A stretch of 64,000 nt of DNA. Source: Pavona decussata. Taxonomy: Eukaryota. Below the pieces are notes generated by a model, which worked only from the letters and a program-made list of their open reading frames with translations, did no database searches and had not been told where the DNA came from. The DNA lies in NCBI GenBank assembly GCA_977016875.1, contig CDRNST010000013.1, positions 1,240,001 to 1,304,000 of the forward strand, given 5' to 3'. Shown here piece after piece: positions 25,810 through 37,707 of this stretch. The position numbers and the translations under genes were made by a program. Position 1 is the stretch's first letter, and each line of letters begins with the position of its first letter.

Positions 25810-26047
25810 ATCCCATCGTATCCTCTTAGGTTATGGGCAATGACAATGGCATCTTGGTGAGTTCCATCCAACAACCATGTACAGAATTAGTTAATGCAGT
25901 CATCTGCTTTGAACACCTCTCAAACCCCGTGTCAACTTGCAGGATTAGCTGATTGGTGATATGTTGTCCATTGTCTTGGCGTGATTCTATGTCAAAAAAT
26001 AAATATTCTCGCCCTTCCTCTTCGTCTGTCTTCTTCTTCAACTTCAT
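25810..26047 (-). pseudogene. Polinton/Maverick-type protein-primed PolB exonuclease fragment
   Basis: YLFFDIESRQDNGQHITN (ExoI) and, after a frameshift, CTWLLDGTHQDAIVIAHNLRGYDG (ExoII AHN..GYD). Confidence 0.75.
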
Positions 26048-26484
26048 GGCTTATCATCTCGTCAGAAATCCGTCTTCTCTTTCTTTGCTCTTTGTTTTTT
26101 TTCTTCGGTTTTGGCTGTGCTTCATGTGCTGCACCTGTATCATCTAGTAAGTAGCGGTTGACAGCTCGCTTGGAAGAAAGTATTTTTTTCTCTTATTACA
26201 AAAGACACAAAAGAATTTGGGTCAGGTTAAATAATAAAAGACTGCAGTTTGTGACTCAGATGAAGAATAATAAAACAAACAAAAAAAGAAAATAAATAGA
26301 ATTTCCACTGTGTGTACCACAGGTATCCCATGGAATTAGCACAAGGACAAGGGGGAAATGCAGATAACAGCATTTAACTTGAAAGAAGGAAAATTTTGAC
26401 TTAGAATTATAATGCTACACTCTGGCTCTTGTCAAAGTAGTGTACAGATGTATGGAAACTATTATTGTTTGTTTCTCAACAATA

Positions 26485-27269
26485 AAACATCCTGTTACAT
26501 TTAAGGTGGAGGATTGTTGTCCATGGGGTTTATGGATATTCCCAATTGCCAGTCTATTTACATGCGTCACCAAACAACCAAGCTTCAACTGTCCTCAACC
26601 TGTTCACCAATGCAGTGAATACACATGGACTACCCTCTCGTGTTAGGTGTGATAAAGGTGGCGAACACTATGTTGTGGGATGGTGTATGATTAATCACCC
26701 TTAGGGGGACCATTGCGTGGTAGCATTATTGCTGGTAATTTGTTTTAGCATATTTTTGTGATTATTATGACTATTCTATCTTAGTTTTTGTAACGGTTTT
26801 TGTAACTGATGGGGGTACACAGATTGATTCTGAGTTTGTCTTTATTTGTTGGGAAATCTAAATTGGAAATAAGCCGTGCAAAACGTTCTTCAAATTTATG
26901 AAAAATGTAATGTGATGTTTCCGAAAATATACATACTTCCCCTAGACAGATTTTCATGGAGATGTGTTGTTAACACAATGGACAGTTTTGTCCTTAATAT
27001 TTAACCATATATCTGCGAAAACCACAAATAATTGTAAACAGAACAATGGTGATTCCAAAGGTGATTGACAGATCAATATAACAAATACCATACTCTGATA
27101 AATGTACCTCTCCTTTAGCAATGGGATGAAATTGCCCCTGATAAAAGAAGGCCAGGAGGTTGTTTAATAGAACCACATGGTGTGACCTCTGCAATTAAAC
27201 TAGAGTCTTTACATTACCTAATCCTGACACTTTTGCAGGAAAAAGCACCCTCAACCAAAGAATTGAACA
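26485..27269 (+). pseudogene. Spliced integrase-core transposase remnant (IS3EU-like)
   Basis: RWRIVVHG...GYSQL...NNQASTVLNLF..AV..HGLPSRVRCDKGGE...IAG, GT-AG intron 26734-27238, then (G)KSTLNQRIE. Confidence 0.65.
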
Positions 27270-27744
27270 TATATAAAACTGTTCAATTGAGGCCTTAAAC
27301 TGCTGTTTGAAAGTAAAAACTAAAATCCAAGCTTTCGCCAATCAACGGCATCATCAGGGATGAGAAAATATTCCGCGCGCGCTGTATAGATATGCAGAGA
27401 GTGTAGGGTGAAGGGGGAAATGTGCAAGAAATGTGACGTATGTGTGAAAGCTATAGAAATAAACTGTGAGCGTTATACAAGGTTCTAATGATGGATTGTA
27501 GTCTCTAAAATGAAATATTAAAATAGCAGTTCCGCGAATTCAGTACATTCCTCTCGGGAATTGAGTGTGGGCTTGTATTTTCTTTTTCAAATGGAATGAT
27601 GCATTGTCAATGCGAATCTTAAATCGTAAACATGTATGTTGGATTACAACTAGAGTGTTGCAACGTAAACTCATGTGTTACATTGTGAACTTGAATGTTA
27701 AAATGTGAACTTTAATTTTGGCGGATATAACTTTTTTTAAAAAT

Positions 27745-28385
27745 TTTTTTGTTGTTAATTTTTATTGATTATTAAATATTCAAGAATACAATTTTAACAA
27801 TTACAAAGGAAAAAAACCACGTAATACTAGTTAACAAAATAAAATAAAACTAAAACAGAAACAACAACAAACAACAATACAAAGTCAAGTACAAGAACAT
27901 TTTGTATTGGTTTTCACTCACACAAAACCTGTCACTGTTTAAATACCTTCCATTGAATGTCGTCACGTTGGATTATTGAAAAATATGAATTTATTTCTCC
28001 TATTTCTTAAGATGCTGCAGAAGTTTATCATTCTCCCTTGCAATATAAAGCTCAATGTTGTACACACGTTTAGTCCTTGCGATAAAAACTGGCCGGATAT
28101 TTTTTTACATCTACTGGACTAAAGATAGAATTTACCCATTAGTAACATGTGATTGATTAGAGTGAAGTCATCCGTGGTATCAAATTTTTCAAATATCAAA
28201 TCTGTCTCTTTTTGTGTATTGATTTGAATTCCATTATCCTTTAACCAGGACAAAACGTGTTGCCAAAATTCAAAACATACTTCGCAAGAGTAAAGCAAAT
28301 GCTCGATGGACTTTATGTCCTCTTGGCAAAAGGTAGAACATGGAGAGTCAGTTAGGCCTAGCCGAAATAGCGGTGGAGATATAAC
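27745..28385 (-). mobile_element. Tx1/L1-like LINE 3' end
   Basis: CSTFCQEDIKSIEHLLYSCEVCFEFW...INHMLLMGKFYL, then a T-rich UTR, AATAAA and an A-rich tail. Confidence 0.75.
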
Positions 28386-28900
28386 GCCATACTGTAGAGG
28401 GTAACGAGAGGTTCAAAACCTCATCTTTCTGGGGAAGAATTTTTTAAAATCACATGGCTAAGAATTGCTGTTTTCAGCACTTTGAGCATAACCATATTAC
28501 TAACAGTGTGTTCACAGTGGCTATGTTGGAGGAGCAAAACAAAATACATTTGCATGAAAATAAAATTTATTTCCCAAAAGCAAATCTCTCCATTTTTGCT
28601 TCTCCAATATGGCTTATATGAACACATTCATTAGCACAAGGTTCAATACAAAATTGTAGGGATTATAGTCAGCTTTCACAACATAATATGAGGTGGAGTT
28701 CCAGCAGGTGCAAGCTCTTATTGAAAACACTCCAACAGTGTACTGTATTTTCTACCCTTCAGCCCCTTTTAGGAGGATTAATATATCTGCCCATTGACAA
28801 ACCAGAGAATCAAGGAAAGGTGGTCTTTTGTTACTTTTAGACATCTACACCTACAAACTCCTCTTAGTTTGGATTAGGGATACTGTACAATATTCATTAC

Positions 28901-29096
28901 CTAAAATTCACATAGTACTGTAGACTCTTCAGCCATCTCCATCAAATACAATCTTCCTTAACTCTTCTGCTGCTTTTGAATCCTTCGCCAATATCGTCTT
29001 TCCATCTTCTGCTTCTGTCAATATTCAATGTGAACATTCCCCATCCTCCCACTCGTGCTCACCACAGACATGGTGTATAATCCCCAGGCACATATC
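28901..29096 (-). pseudogene. Kolobok-type transposase exon (decayed)
   Basis: AG/GT-bounded exon encoding DMCLGIIHHVCGEHEWEDGECSH*...DSKAAEELRKIVFD / RWLKSLQYYVNFR (one stop, one frameshift). Confidence 0.65.
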
Positions 29097-29412
29097 CTAC
29101 ATGTACAAAGCATAGAAACTAGTTAATCGATCTTATTTCCATCAAATTACACCTCATTTACTACACCTATCGGGACACAAATGTCTTAAGATGTGTCTCG
29201 CCTCTAAGCAATGTAGCGCGTCCGGTTTAAACTGTACTTTTCGTAGATACCTAAACCCCTATATCAAATTAAAGCTTATAGAGCAGGCTATCAAACTATA
29301 CCAAGAATTTTGAAATAAAATGAATTGTCGAATTTTTAGCGCTGTTTTCTTGAATCAATTTTTTTCACTTGATGGGGACACTTTAAAGGTTAGAAAACTC
29401 AAAGGGAATTTG

Positions 29413-29694
29413 TGTTTGATCTCCAAATCCAACACATTAAACACACCGTTTCCTTCCGTTGTCTCACGTTTATTTCGCCCGATCTAAAACGTTTCCAGCA
29501 CGAAACAAGCACAACTTTCACAGCTACTACAAACTCTAGCTCTAATGAAAACACTCTTGTCCTACGAGCACATGCTACAATTCTACTCTCGCTAGAGGGG
29601 GGTAGAACAATTCATGATAATGTCAACGTCACTTCCGATTTCCTACTCGAGACTAATAACAAAACGATTAAACTAAATTGTTCAGCTTTCGACA
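29413..29694 (-). repeat. BEL 3' LTR
   Basis: Direct repeat of 41628-41909 with 8 substitutions by eye. Preceded on - by a purine tract GCGAGGTGGAGGA. Confidence 0.95.
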
Positions 29695-29836
29695 TCCTCC
29701 ACCTCGCAACTTGCGGCAGTAAGTTGCGACTCAGTCTCTAAAGCGACTTGGACGGACAATCTCTCTTCCACTCCAAGTCCTTTGTGGTATGGGGACTTCA
29801 TGTTCAGCTTCTTCTTCACCGTCTGTCATATCGGCC

Positions 29837-31177
29837 TCACTGTCTATCGTCATCCTTATCAGTATCCTCTGGTAGCCTTGTGATGGGCGGGAGATTGTCA
29901 GATTCAGCACAAATCTCCAATTTGTACAGTTTGCAAACTGGTCGCGTCAGCATACCCGATTTCACCTGTACAATAGCAGCATGACATCTTCCATCTCGAC
30001 CAATAATGAGGTGTCGAACAACCCCCATCTTCCAATTAAGACACTTTTCTCTGTCGTCAGCTACAAGGACAACCTCTCCGACTTTCAAAGGATTTGGTAG
30101 AGTATTCCAAACTTCTCCTTGTGAACCCAGCACTTGATGCAAGTATTCTTTCCTCCAAAGGTCATTCATGGAGGACAGCCACTTTTTTCTTTGTCGAAAT
30201 TCGCCAGAGAGGTTCAGTTCTCTTTCATCTTCCTCGAAGTCTCCTCGGGGTGGCAACAGGAACTGTTCAGGGCACAAAGGGATAGGAACACCACCATCAC
30301 GATTAGCTGACTACCACAAGTAAGTGATAGGCCGGCAGTTGATGACTTTCTCTACTTCAGTTAGAGCAGTTACTAGTTCCTCCCAGGAAAGAACGGCGTG
30401 ACCTAATGAGCAACGTAGGAGTCCTTCGGCAATGCCCACTAACCTCTCCCAGGCTCCTCCCCACCAATGTCCACGTTCAACCACAAACTGCCACTTCATG
30501 TCAACATTCTTCTCTCTCACCCACTTAGCGGCCGCCACAAAGTTTGATCCATGATCACTTATGCATAACTGAGGGACACCTTGTCTGTTCATAAATCTCT
30601 GCAGTGCCTGTATCAACGTTTCTGTAGACAACGACGTCACAAGTTCTAAATGAATGGCTCTTACTGACATGCAGGTGAACAAAACGAACCAGACCTTGCT
30701 GTTATTCTTCAAGTATAGGGGTCCTCCTAGATCCATACCAGTAGTTTCAAAGGGACTCTTGCAGGTCACACAACATCGAGGGAGCGGGGGCGTCTGTTCA
30801 GATGCCTGAGCAGCTAAAAACCTGCTGCATTTCCTACACTTCCGTATAACTGATGAGACCAACCTCTTTGAGCGCAGGATCCAAATCCCTTGGCGTCTCA
30901 GTTCCGAGATAACTGTTGCAGAACCAGCATGTTGCATTTGTTCATGAATGTGAAGTACTAACTGGTCGATGACACCACACTTCTTTACAAGGACAGGATG
31001 AAGCTCATCAGAGGTTACGTCCACTTGTTGCAAACGGCCACCCATCCTTATTAATCCACCTTCCAAGAACGGATGTAAGGATATTAGACAAGACTGACGC
31101 TGAACAGGTTGGCCATTTTCCAGCGACTTTAACTCCCTAGAGAAAAATTTTCTCTGCACTTGCTTCAAGATAACCGT
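29837..31177 (-). pseudogene. BEL integrase and C-terminal DUF5641-like domain
   Basis: IHEQMQHAG...CRKC, TGMDLGGP, FTCMSVRAIHLE, SDHGSNF, WWGGAWERLVG; then WRKEYL...WKMG...GRDG...RPVCKLYKLE. Confidence 0.9.
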
Positions 31178-31526
31178 TGTGACCTTCGCAGGTCACAGGA
31201 TAGAAGTAACTGAGATTACGGAGCGTATAATGCGAACGCACAACAACACAGGTCAAAGTTCCAATCACTAATGTCTTTAATGAATCACACTTGACGAAGA
31301 TAGCTTCACAAATACTTGATAACCTTTCAGAACTGTAACGATACGGTCGTAACTGTGGTAGCGTTAGCTGAAATGCGTATATGTGTGGCTGTGACAATGA
31401 TCGTGGTTACAGTTGTGGTTACAGTTGTGGTTCGAACTAAAAAGCAACAAGAACGAAATCGATTCTTATGTAATTGCTCTAATTGATTAACTAACCATAA
31501 AACAACAATACAGAAATCTGTGCGAG

Positions 31527-32052
31527 TGTTACGAAAAATTGTTGCGTGACTGTATGCTAATTTACTCTAGAATATTCTTGCATATTTAATTAGTTTTGCA
31601 TCAAAGTGACTAAGCAGTTTCTGAAGCCGTTTACGTGTGATCCTGTAAATAGATTTATATTGTAATGTTACTTTATTTAGTTGCGCCGGAAAGTTCTAGA
31701 ATCTTACGCTCATTAGTATATAAGCAAATCGGTTTAGCTTTTAGAGAGGTTGTTGTTTATGCGAAGAGGGTACGTGTTTATTGTAGTACGAGAAAGGTCA
31801 AGTGTAAAGGTTGGCAGAGGCCGTGTTTATTGAAGTGTGACAGAGGTCGCGTGTATATTTGGCAGAGGCCGTGTTTAATCAAGTGTGACAGAGGTCGAAC
31901 TGTAATTTACAAGCCTAGCGTGTGCTTGTTGTGAAGTTTTGTGTTGAATTTGCTACGCTCATTTGGAATAAATAACCTTGTTGTTGTTCCGACAACCCTG
32001 CGTTCTGTTTAGGCTGCGAACTATTCGCCACTCACAAAACGAACTCGTAACA
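31527..32052 (+). repeat. Gmr1-type 5' LTR
   Basis: 526 bp; TATATAA at about 31718, AATAAA at about 31968; internal 48-bp-period duplication. Confidence 0.95.
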
Positions 32053-32053
32053 T

Positions 32054-32070
32054 TGGGGGCCTGTCCGGGA
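32054..32070 (+). promoter_or_regulatory. Primer-binding site, tRNA-Pro-like
   Basis: TGGGGGCCTGTCCGGGA next to the 5' LTR, compared with the canonical tRNA-Pro PBS TGGGGGCTCGTCCGGGAT. Confidence 0.8.
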
Positions 32071-32199
32071 GAGTGGAATTCAAGGAACTGTTTGTTGTCT
32101 ACCGATAACCAGGAAAGGATCGCAACTCGCAAGGAAGTAACTGTGCCGTGGAAACAAGTGGTAGCAAGTGAAAGAGCCTTGGAATTCTAACGCTGTCAA

Positions 32200-33240
32200 A
32201 TGGAGAAACTTATGCAACTTGGTAAGGAGTCTGGACTGGAAGGTGAAAAGCTACTTGAATTTGTGCATGAACAACAGAAGTTGAAAGAAGAGAAAGAAGA
32301 AAAACAAAGGCAGTTAGTAAAGGAGCAGAAGCTCGAGGAAGAAGAGAGAGCAGAAAGGCAAAGACGTGAGGAAGAAGAGAGAGCAGAAAGGCAAAGACGT
32401 GAGGAAGAAGAGAAAGCAGAAAGGCAGAGACGTGAGGAAGAAGAGAGACGCAGACGCCAGGATGAAGAAAGGGAAGCGAGACGTCAGGAAAGAGAAATTA
32501 GGAAATTACAACATGAAGCTGACCTCATGAGACAGAAGGAAATTGCTGAGGCCGCCAAGAGAGAAGATGAGTTAGAACTTGCTAGGTTAGCAGCAACGAA
32601 TGGTGATGGTCGTACCGCAGAGAGAGATGATAGAGCTAAAGCGCCGAAACTTCCAGCGTTCGTGGATGGTAAAGATGATTTGGACGCATATTTGCAGAGG
32701 TTCGAGAGATTTGCAGATACAGCCAAGTGGCATAGAACTGGATGGGCATCAAAGCTCAGTGCTCTGTTGTCTGGACGAGCACTCGAAGTGTACTCACGCC
32801 TATCTGAAGAAGCAGCTAGAGATTACGGTAAAGTCAAGATTGCGCTGATGAAGAGATATGATCTCACAGAAGACGGCTATCGTCGTAAATTAAGAGCGTC
32901 TAAGCCGGAAGTTGACGAAAGTCCGGACCAGTTTATCGTGCGACTGGACAGGTACCTGTTACGGTGGCTAGAGCTTTCAGATACTGAGCGAACCTTTGAC
33001 GGTCTAAAGGACTTGATAGTGAAAGAACAGTTTATTGACTCCTGCCCTAAGGATTTGGCCATTCACCTACGAGAAAGGGCACCTGAAACCCTAGCACAAA
33101 TTGCGAAGATAGCTGACCAGTACTTGGAGGCCCATGGTAAGCATTTGTTTAGCTCAGTGAGCAGAAAGCCGGTATTACCGCCTGAGAGGGAGGAAGCCAA
33201 GAACAGACAGTCTAATTCAACAGCCCTCCAGTGGTCATAG
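32200..33240 (+). CDS. gag: Gag with coiled-coil N-terminus and SCAN-like capsid domain
   Basis: 346-aa ORF: PKLPAF...DLDAYLQRFERFA...LSGRA...EQFIDSCPKDLAIHLRERAPETL. The knuckle CFLCGKQGHEARNC follows in a different frame, so the gene is lesioned. Confidence 0.9.
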   Translation: MEKLMQLGKESGLEGEKLLEFVHEQQKLKEEKEEKQRQLVKEQKLEEEERAERQRREEEERAERQRREEEEKAERQRREEEERRRRQDEEREARRQEREIRKLQHEADLMRQKEIAEAAKREDELELARLAATNGDGRTAERDDRAKAPKLPAFVDGKDDLDAYLQRFERFADTAKWHRTGWASKLSALLSGRALEVYSRLSEEAARDYGKVKIALMKRYDLTEDGYRRKLRASKPEVDESPDQFIVRLDRYLLRWLELSDTERTFDGLKDLIVKEQFIDSCPKDLAIHLRERAPETLAQIAKIADQYLEAHGKHLFSSVSRKPVLPPEREEAKNRQSNSTALQWS

Positions 33241-33376
33241 AGCCGCCAACTGCCCAACCATAGGAAAAAGGTGTTTTCTGTGTGGCAAGCAAGGACACGA
33301 AGCTAGAAACTGTCGATCAGGTGGACGGAGATCAGGAGGACAAAGTAAGGATGGTAACCCTGCGCAACGTGGTCAA

Positions 33377-36300
33377 GTGAGCGCCAGTTGCTTAGTTCAG
33401 CAGACTGAGAGTAAACCCACAGCGGAAGAAGTTAAGTCCTGTATTAAAGATGAGAAGCTGCTGTTAGCCTGTGGTAAGAAGATTCCATTATTGAGTAGCG
33501 CCTGTGTTGAACCTTTGTCTGGAGTGAGAAGTAAAATGCCTGTAGTGAAAGGTAGAGTTGGAGAGAAGTCTGTTGATGTCCTGAGAGACACTGGCTGTAG
33601 CGGAATAGTAGTAAAGAAGGATCTTGTGTCTGAGGATCAGTTCACTGGCGACTTTAATGTTATGCTGCTCATCGACAACACGGCAAGGAAAGTGCCCATT
33701 GCAAAGATTGACGTTGATACACCTTATCTCAAGGGCCAAGTGGAAGCGCAGTGTCTTCCTGATGCTGTTTATGACTTAATTGTTGGTAATGTACCAGGCG
33801 CGAGAGCTGCTGACGTCCCAGATCCAAGCTGGCAAGATCATGTGCAAGAGGCGTGTGCTGTAACCACGAGAGGTCAAGCAAAGAAGGCCGGAGAACGTAT
33901 CCCATCGAAGGTACCGAGTACGAAAGAAAGTCCTGTAGTTGATAGAGAAAAGCTCAAACAAATGCAAAATGATGACGAGAGCTTACAGAAATATTGGGAG
34001 CGAAATGATGTAGTTGTGAGAGGCCAGGCTGAGATTTCATTTGAAGTGAAAGGTGGAGTTTTGTACCGCGTCTACAAACACCCTTACGTGAATAATGGTA
34101 AACCCCTGAAGCAAGTTATGGTTCCTGTACAGCTGAGAAGTCGAATCATGGAACTAGCTCACGGATCGCTCATGGGAGGTCACATGGGAATAAAGAAGAC
34201 GGCTGATAAGATTCAAAGCGCATTCTATTGGCCAGGTATTCAAGGGGACGTGACTCGTTACTGCAAGTCATGTGATGTATGTCAGAAGACGGTTAACAAG
34301 GGTTCTGTACCGAAGGTTCTTCTGGAGAAGATGCCATTAATTGACAAGCCGTTCAAGAGAGTAGCAATCGATCTGGTTGGGCCTATTAGCCCCCCGAGTG
34401 AAGACGGTCATAGATATATATTGACATTGGTCGACTTTGCAACCCGTTATCCTGAAGCTGTCCCGCTCAAAAACATTGATACGGAGACTGTGGCGGAAGC
34501 GTTGGTGGATATCTTTAGTCGTTTGGGAGTGCCTGAAGAGATCTTGAGTGACCTCGGCACGCAATTTGTATCTGAGTCTATGAAGAAAGTGACACGGTTG
34601 TTGAGCATTAAACAGCTCACTACGACTCCTTATCACCCTATGTGTAATGGCCTGACGGAGAAGTTTAATGGAACCATGAAGAGCATGTTAAAGAGATTGT
34701 GCAGCGAGCAGCCGACACAGTGGAATCGTTACATCAACACTTTATTGTTTGCGTATCTAACCTCAGGAGTCTACTGGTTTTTCGCCGTTCGAGTTGCTGT
34801 ATGGAAGAGCTGTCAGAGGGCCGATGTTTATTCTTAAAGAGCTCTGGACGAAAGAGTTGGAGGAACCTGAAGTAAAGAACAGCTACCAGTATGTGTTTGA
34901 GCTACGTGAGAAGCTGGAAGATACCCTCAAGCTTGCGCATACTGAACTTCAGAAAGCCCTGCACAAAGGCAAGCATTACTACGATCGTAAGGCTAAAGCC
35001 AGAAGGTTTGCACAAGGAGATAAAGTATTAATACTGCTACCGACCGACCATAACAAGCTTCTAATGCAGTGGAAAGGTCCATTTGAGGTTAGTGCAGTAG
35101 TGGGTCTCAACGATTATAAGGTGTGTGTCAAAGGAAAGGAGAGAGTTTACCATGCTAACCCGCTAAAGAAGTATTTTGAATGAGAGGATTCGGTACCCGT
35201 TGGAGCAGTGGCTGTCGAAGTGAACGCTGACATTAGTAAGAGCGGACATGCTAAAAATGAAGCGGAAGAAGTTGATCCTATGGATGGTGTTGATTTTTTA
35301 GAAATTGGTGGATATGTCGCTAAAGAGTCATTCAAAGATGTGGCTACTGGAGATAACCTTACTGATGAGCAAAGAGCAGAGTTCAAAGGCCTTGCAAGTC
35401 AGTTTCAAAGCTTGTTTACAGAAGCTCCAGGTACTACAAGCTTGGCTCAACATCATATAAAACTTACATCCGATCAACCAGTCAGATCAAGACCTTACCC
35501 AGTACCGTATAGCCTGAGAGAATCGCTGAAGAAGGATATTACAGACATGATGAAGATGGGAGTTATAAGAGAGTCAAGTTCACCATATGCCTCACCTGTC
35601 GTGGTTGTTAAGAAAAAAGACAACACAAATAGGATATGCGTGGACTACCAGAAGTTGAACAAATTAACTGTGTTCGACCCTGAACCTATGCCGACTGCCG
35701 AGCATTTGTTCCAGAAGTTGAATGGTGACAAGTATTTCACAAGAATTGATTTGAGTAAGGGCTACTGGCAAATTTCTATACCTGAGGAAGACATACCGAA
35801 GACCGCTTTTGTGACGCCTGACGGATCATATGAATTCCTGAAGATGCCGTTTGGTATGATCAACTCTGCAGCGACCTTAAAGAGAGCCATGAAGAAGCTA
35901 TTGCATGGAATGGATAACGTTGAGTTTTACTGGGATGATATTTTGGTTCACACCCGTACGTGGGAAGAACACATCAAGATACTACAAGAGTTGTTTAGAC
36001 GATTATTAGCAGCTGGAATGACCATAAGACCGACTAAATGTCTTTTTGGAGTTAACGCTGTTGACTTTCTCGGTCATCGTTTGGAGGGAGGTTTAATTGG
36101 TCTTCATCAAGACAACGTGGCAAAGATAAGAGATGCTCCAAGACCTACTACAAAGAAGTAGATAAGATCGTTCATGGGTTTAGCCGGATATTATCGAGAT
36201 TTTATTCCCAACTTCGCAGCCTTAGCTGCCCCGCTGACAGACCTCACGCGCAAAGGTCAACCGAACAAAGTCGAATGGGGCGAGGCACAAGAGAAAGCCT

Positions 36301-36734
36301 ATCAGATTATCAAGGCCCTCCTCACAAAAGAACCAATCCTGCGGTTGCCAGATCCAGAGAAAACCTACTTTCTGCGGACTGATGCCTCCGACAGTGGTAT
36401 TGGTGCTGTACTAATGCAGGAACATGATGGCAAGCTGTTCCCCGTTTGCTACGGTAGCAAGAAATTATCAAGTGCAGAGCGTAATTACTCAACCATTGAG
36501 AAAGAGTGTTTAGCCATTGTGTGGGGATTCAAAAGGTTTCACCTGTATTTATACGGAGTTCCCTTTGTACTACAAACTGATCACGAACCACTGAAGTATA
36601 TCAACAGTGCGAAGTTCGCTAATGGACGGCTCATGCGTTGGGCTATGTTCCTTCAGAGCTACAACTTTAGAGTTGAGGCTATCAAGGGATCCGAGAATGT
36701 AGGAGCAGATTATCTGAGCAGAGTAGAGGAATAA
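33377..36734 (+). pseudogene. pol: Pol polyprotein: protease, integrase, RT, RNase H (one frameshift, two stops)
   Basis: LRDTGCS; HGSLMGGH...CKSCDVC; IDLVGP, SDLGTQF, NGLTE; WKGPFEV; SPYASP, IDLSKGYWQ, MPFG, YWDDIL; RTDASDSG, YSTIEKE, TDHEPL, ADYLSR. Confidence 0.95.
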
Positions 36735-36830
36735 CTTTAGAGACATTGGACTACCTCCTCTCTTTCCACTATTTAATTAATTTTTCGTTGTTAGTACGAA
36801 TTTAAGAAATTTCTTCTCAAGAGGGGGTTA

Positions 36831-37355
36831 TGTTACGAAAAATTGTTGCATGACTGTATGCTAATTTACTCTAGAATATTCTTGCATATTTAATTAGTTT
36901 TGCATCATAGTGACTAAGCAGTTTCTGGACCCGTTTACGTGTGATCCTGTAAATAGATTTATATGTAATGTTACTTTATTTAGTTGCGCCGGAAAGTTCT
37001 AGAATCTTACGCTCATTAGTATATAAGCAAATCGGTTTAGCTTTTAGAGAGGTTGTTGTTTATGCGAAGAGGGTACGTGTTTATTGTAGTACGAGAAAGG
37101 TCAAGTGTAAAGGTTGGCAGAGGCCGTGTTTATTGAGGTGTGACAGAGGTCGCGTGTATATTTGGCAGAGGCCGTGTTTAATCAAGTGTGACAGAGGTCG
37201 AACTGTAATTTACAAGCCTAGCGTGTGCTTGTTGTGAAGTTTTGTGTTGAATTTGCTACGCTCATTTGGAATAAATAACCTTGTTGTTGTTCCGACAACC
37301 CTGCGTTCTGTTTAGGCTGCGAACTATTCGCCACTCACAAAACGAACTCGTAACA
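36831..37355 (+). repeat. Gmr1-type 3' LTR
   Basis: 525 bp; 5 substitutions and 1 indel versus the 5' LTR by eye. Confidence 0.95.
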
Positions 37356-37707
37356 GCGAGAAAAGGACAAATGATAAACGAAACAATAGAATAAACCGAG
37401 CGTAAACAATATGAGTAACTTACTTTGGTCTAGCTCCTTGAAATAGGTAATTGTAGCACCTCAAAATGTCAATAGCAGTAGCGAATTCTAGCTAGCGAGT
37501 AGCGACTGTGTTACAGTAATATGCTCTACACACGTGGCGGTCGAACGGAAACATGACCCTATGTAATAGACTAAATTATGTAATGACAAAAGTGACAACT
37601 ATTGCGTCACGTGTCTACTTGAAATGAAACAAATGAACAGTAACACGCAAAGGAGCAAATACTGGAAATGTACAAAAAACAAGAGGCGTTTCAAAACTAA
37701 CAACCGT

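Larger units (their letters stand above)
31527..37355 (+). mobile_element. Full-length Gmr1-type Ty3/Gypsy LTR retrotransposon (PR-INT-RT-RH order)
   Basis: LTRs 31527-32052 and 36831-37355 (TGTTACGA...TCGTAACA), TSD GCGAG (31522-31526 / 37356-37360), PBS, PPT AAGAGGGGG at 36819-36827. Confidence 0.97.
31178..37702. mobile_element. Solo LTR (about 691 bp without insert) inserted in BEL pol and split by the Gmr1-type element
   Basis: TGTGAC...CTAACA termini and a 5-bp TSD ACCGT (31173-31177 / 37703-37707). Removing it restores the BEL frame LEELNCAKTVILKQVQRKFF. Confidence 0.85.

Noticed and set aside
31665-31934. Duplicated 89-aa ORF (also 36968-37237) and the ORFs at 29412-29741 and 41615-41956
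   Set aside because: They lie within LTRs; the duplication is explained by the LTR pairs and they have no protein motifs.
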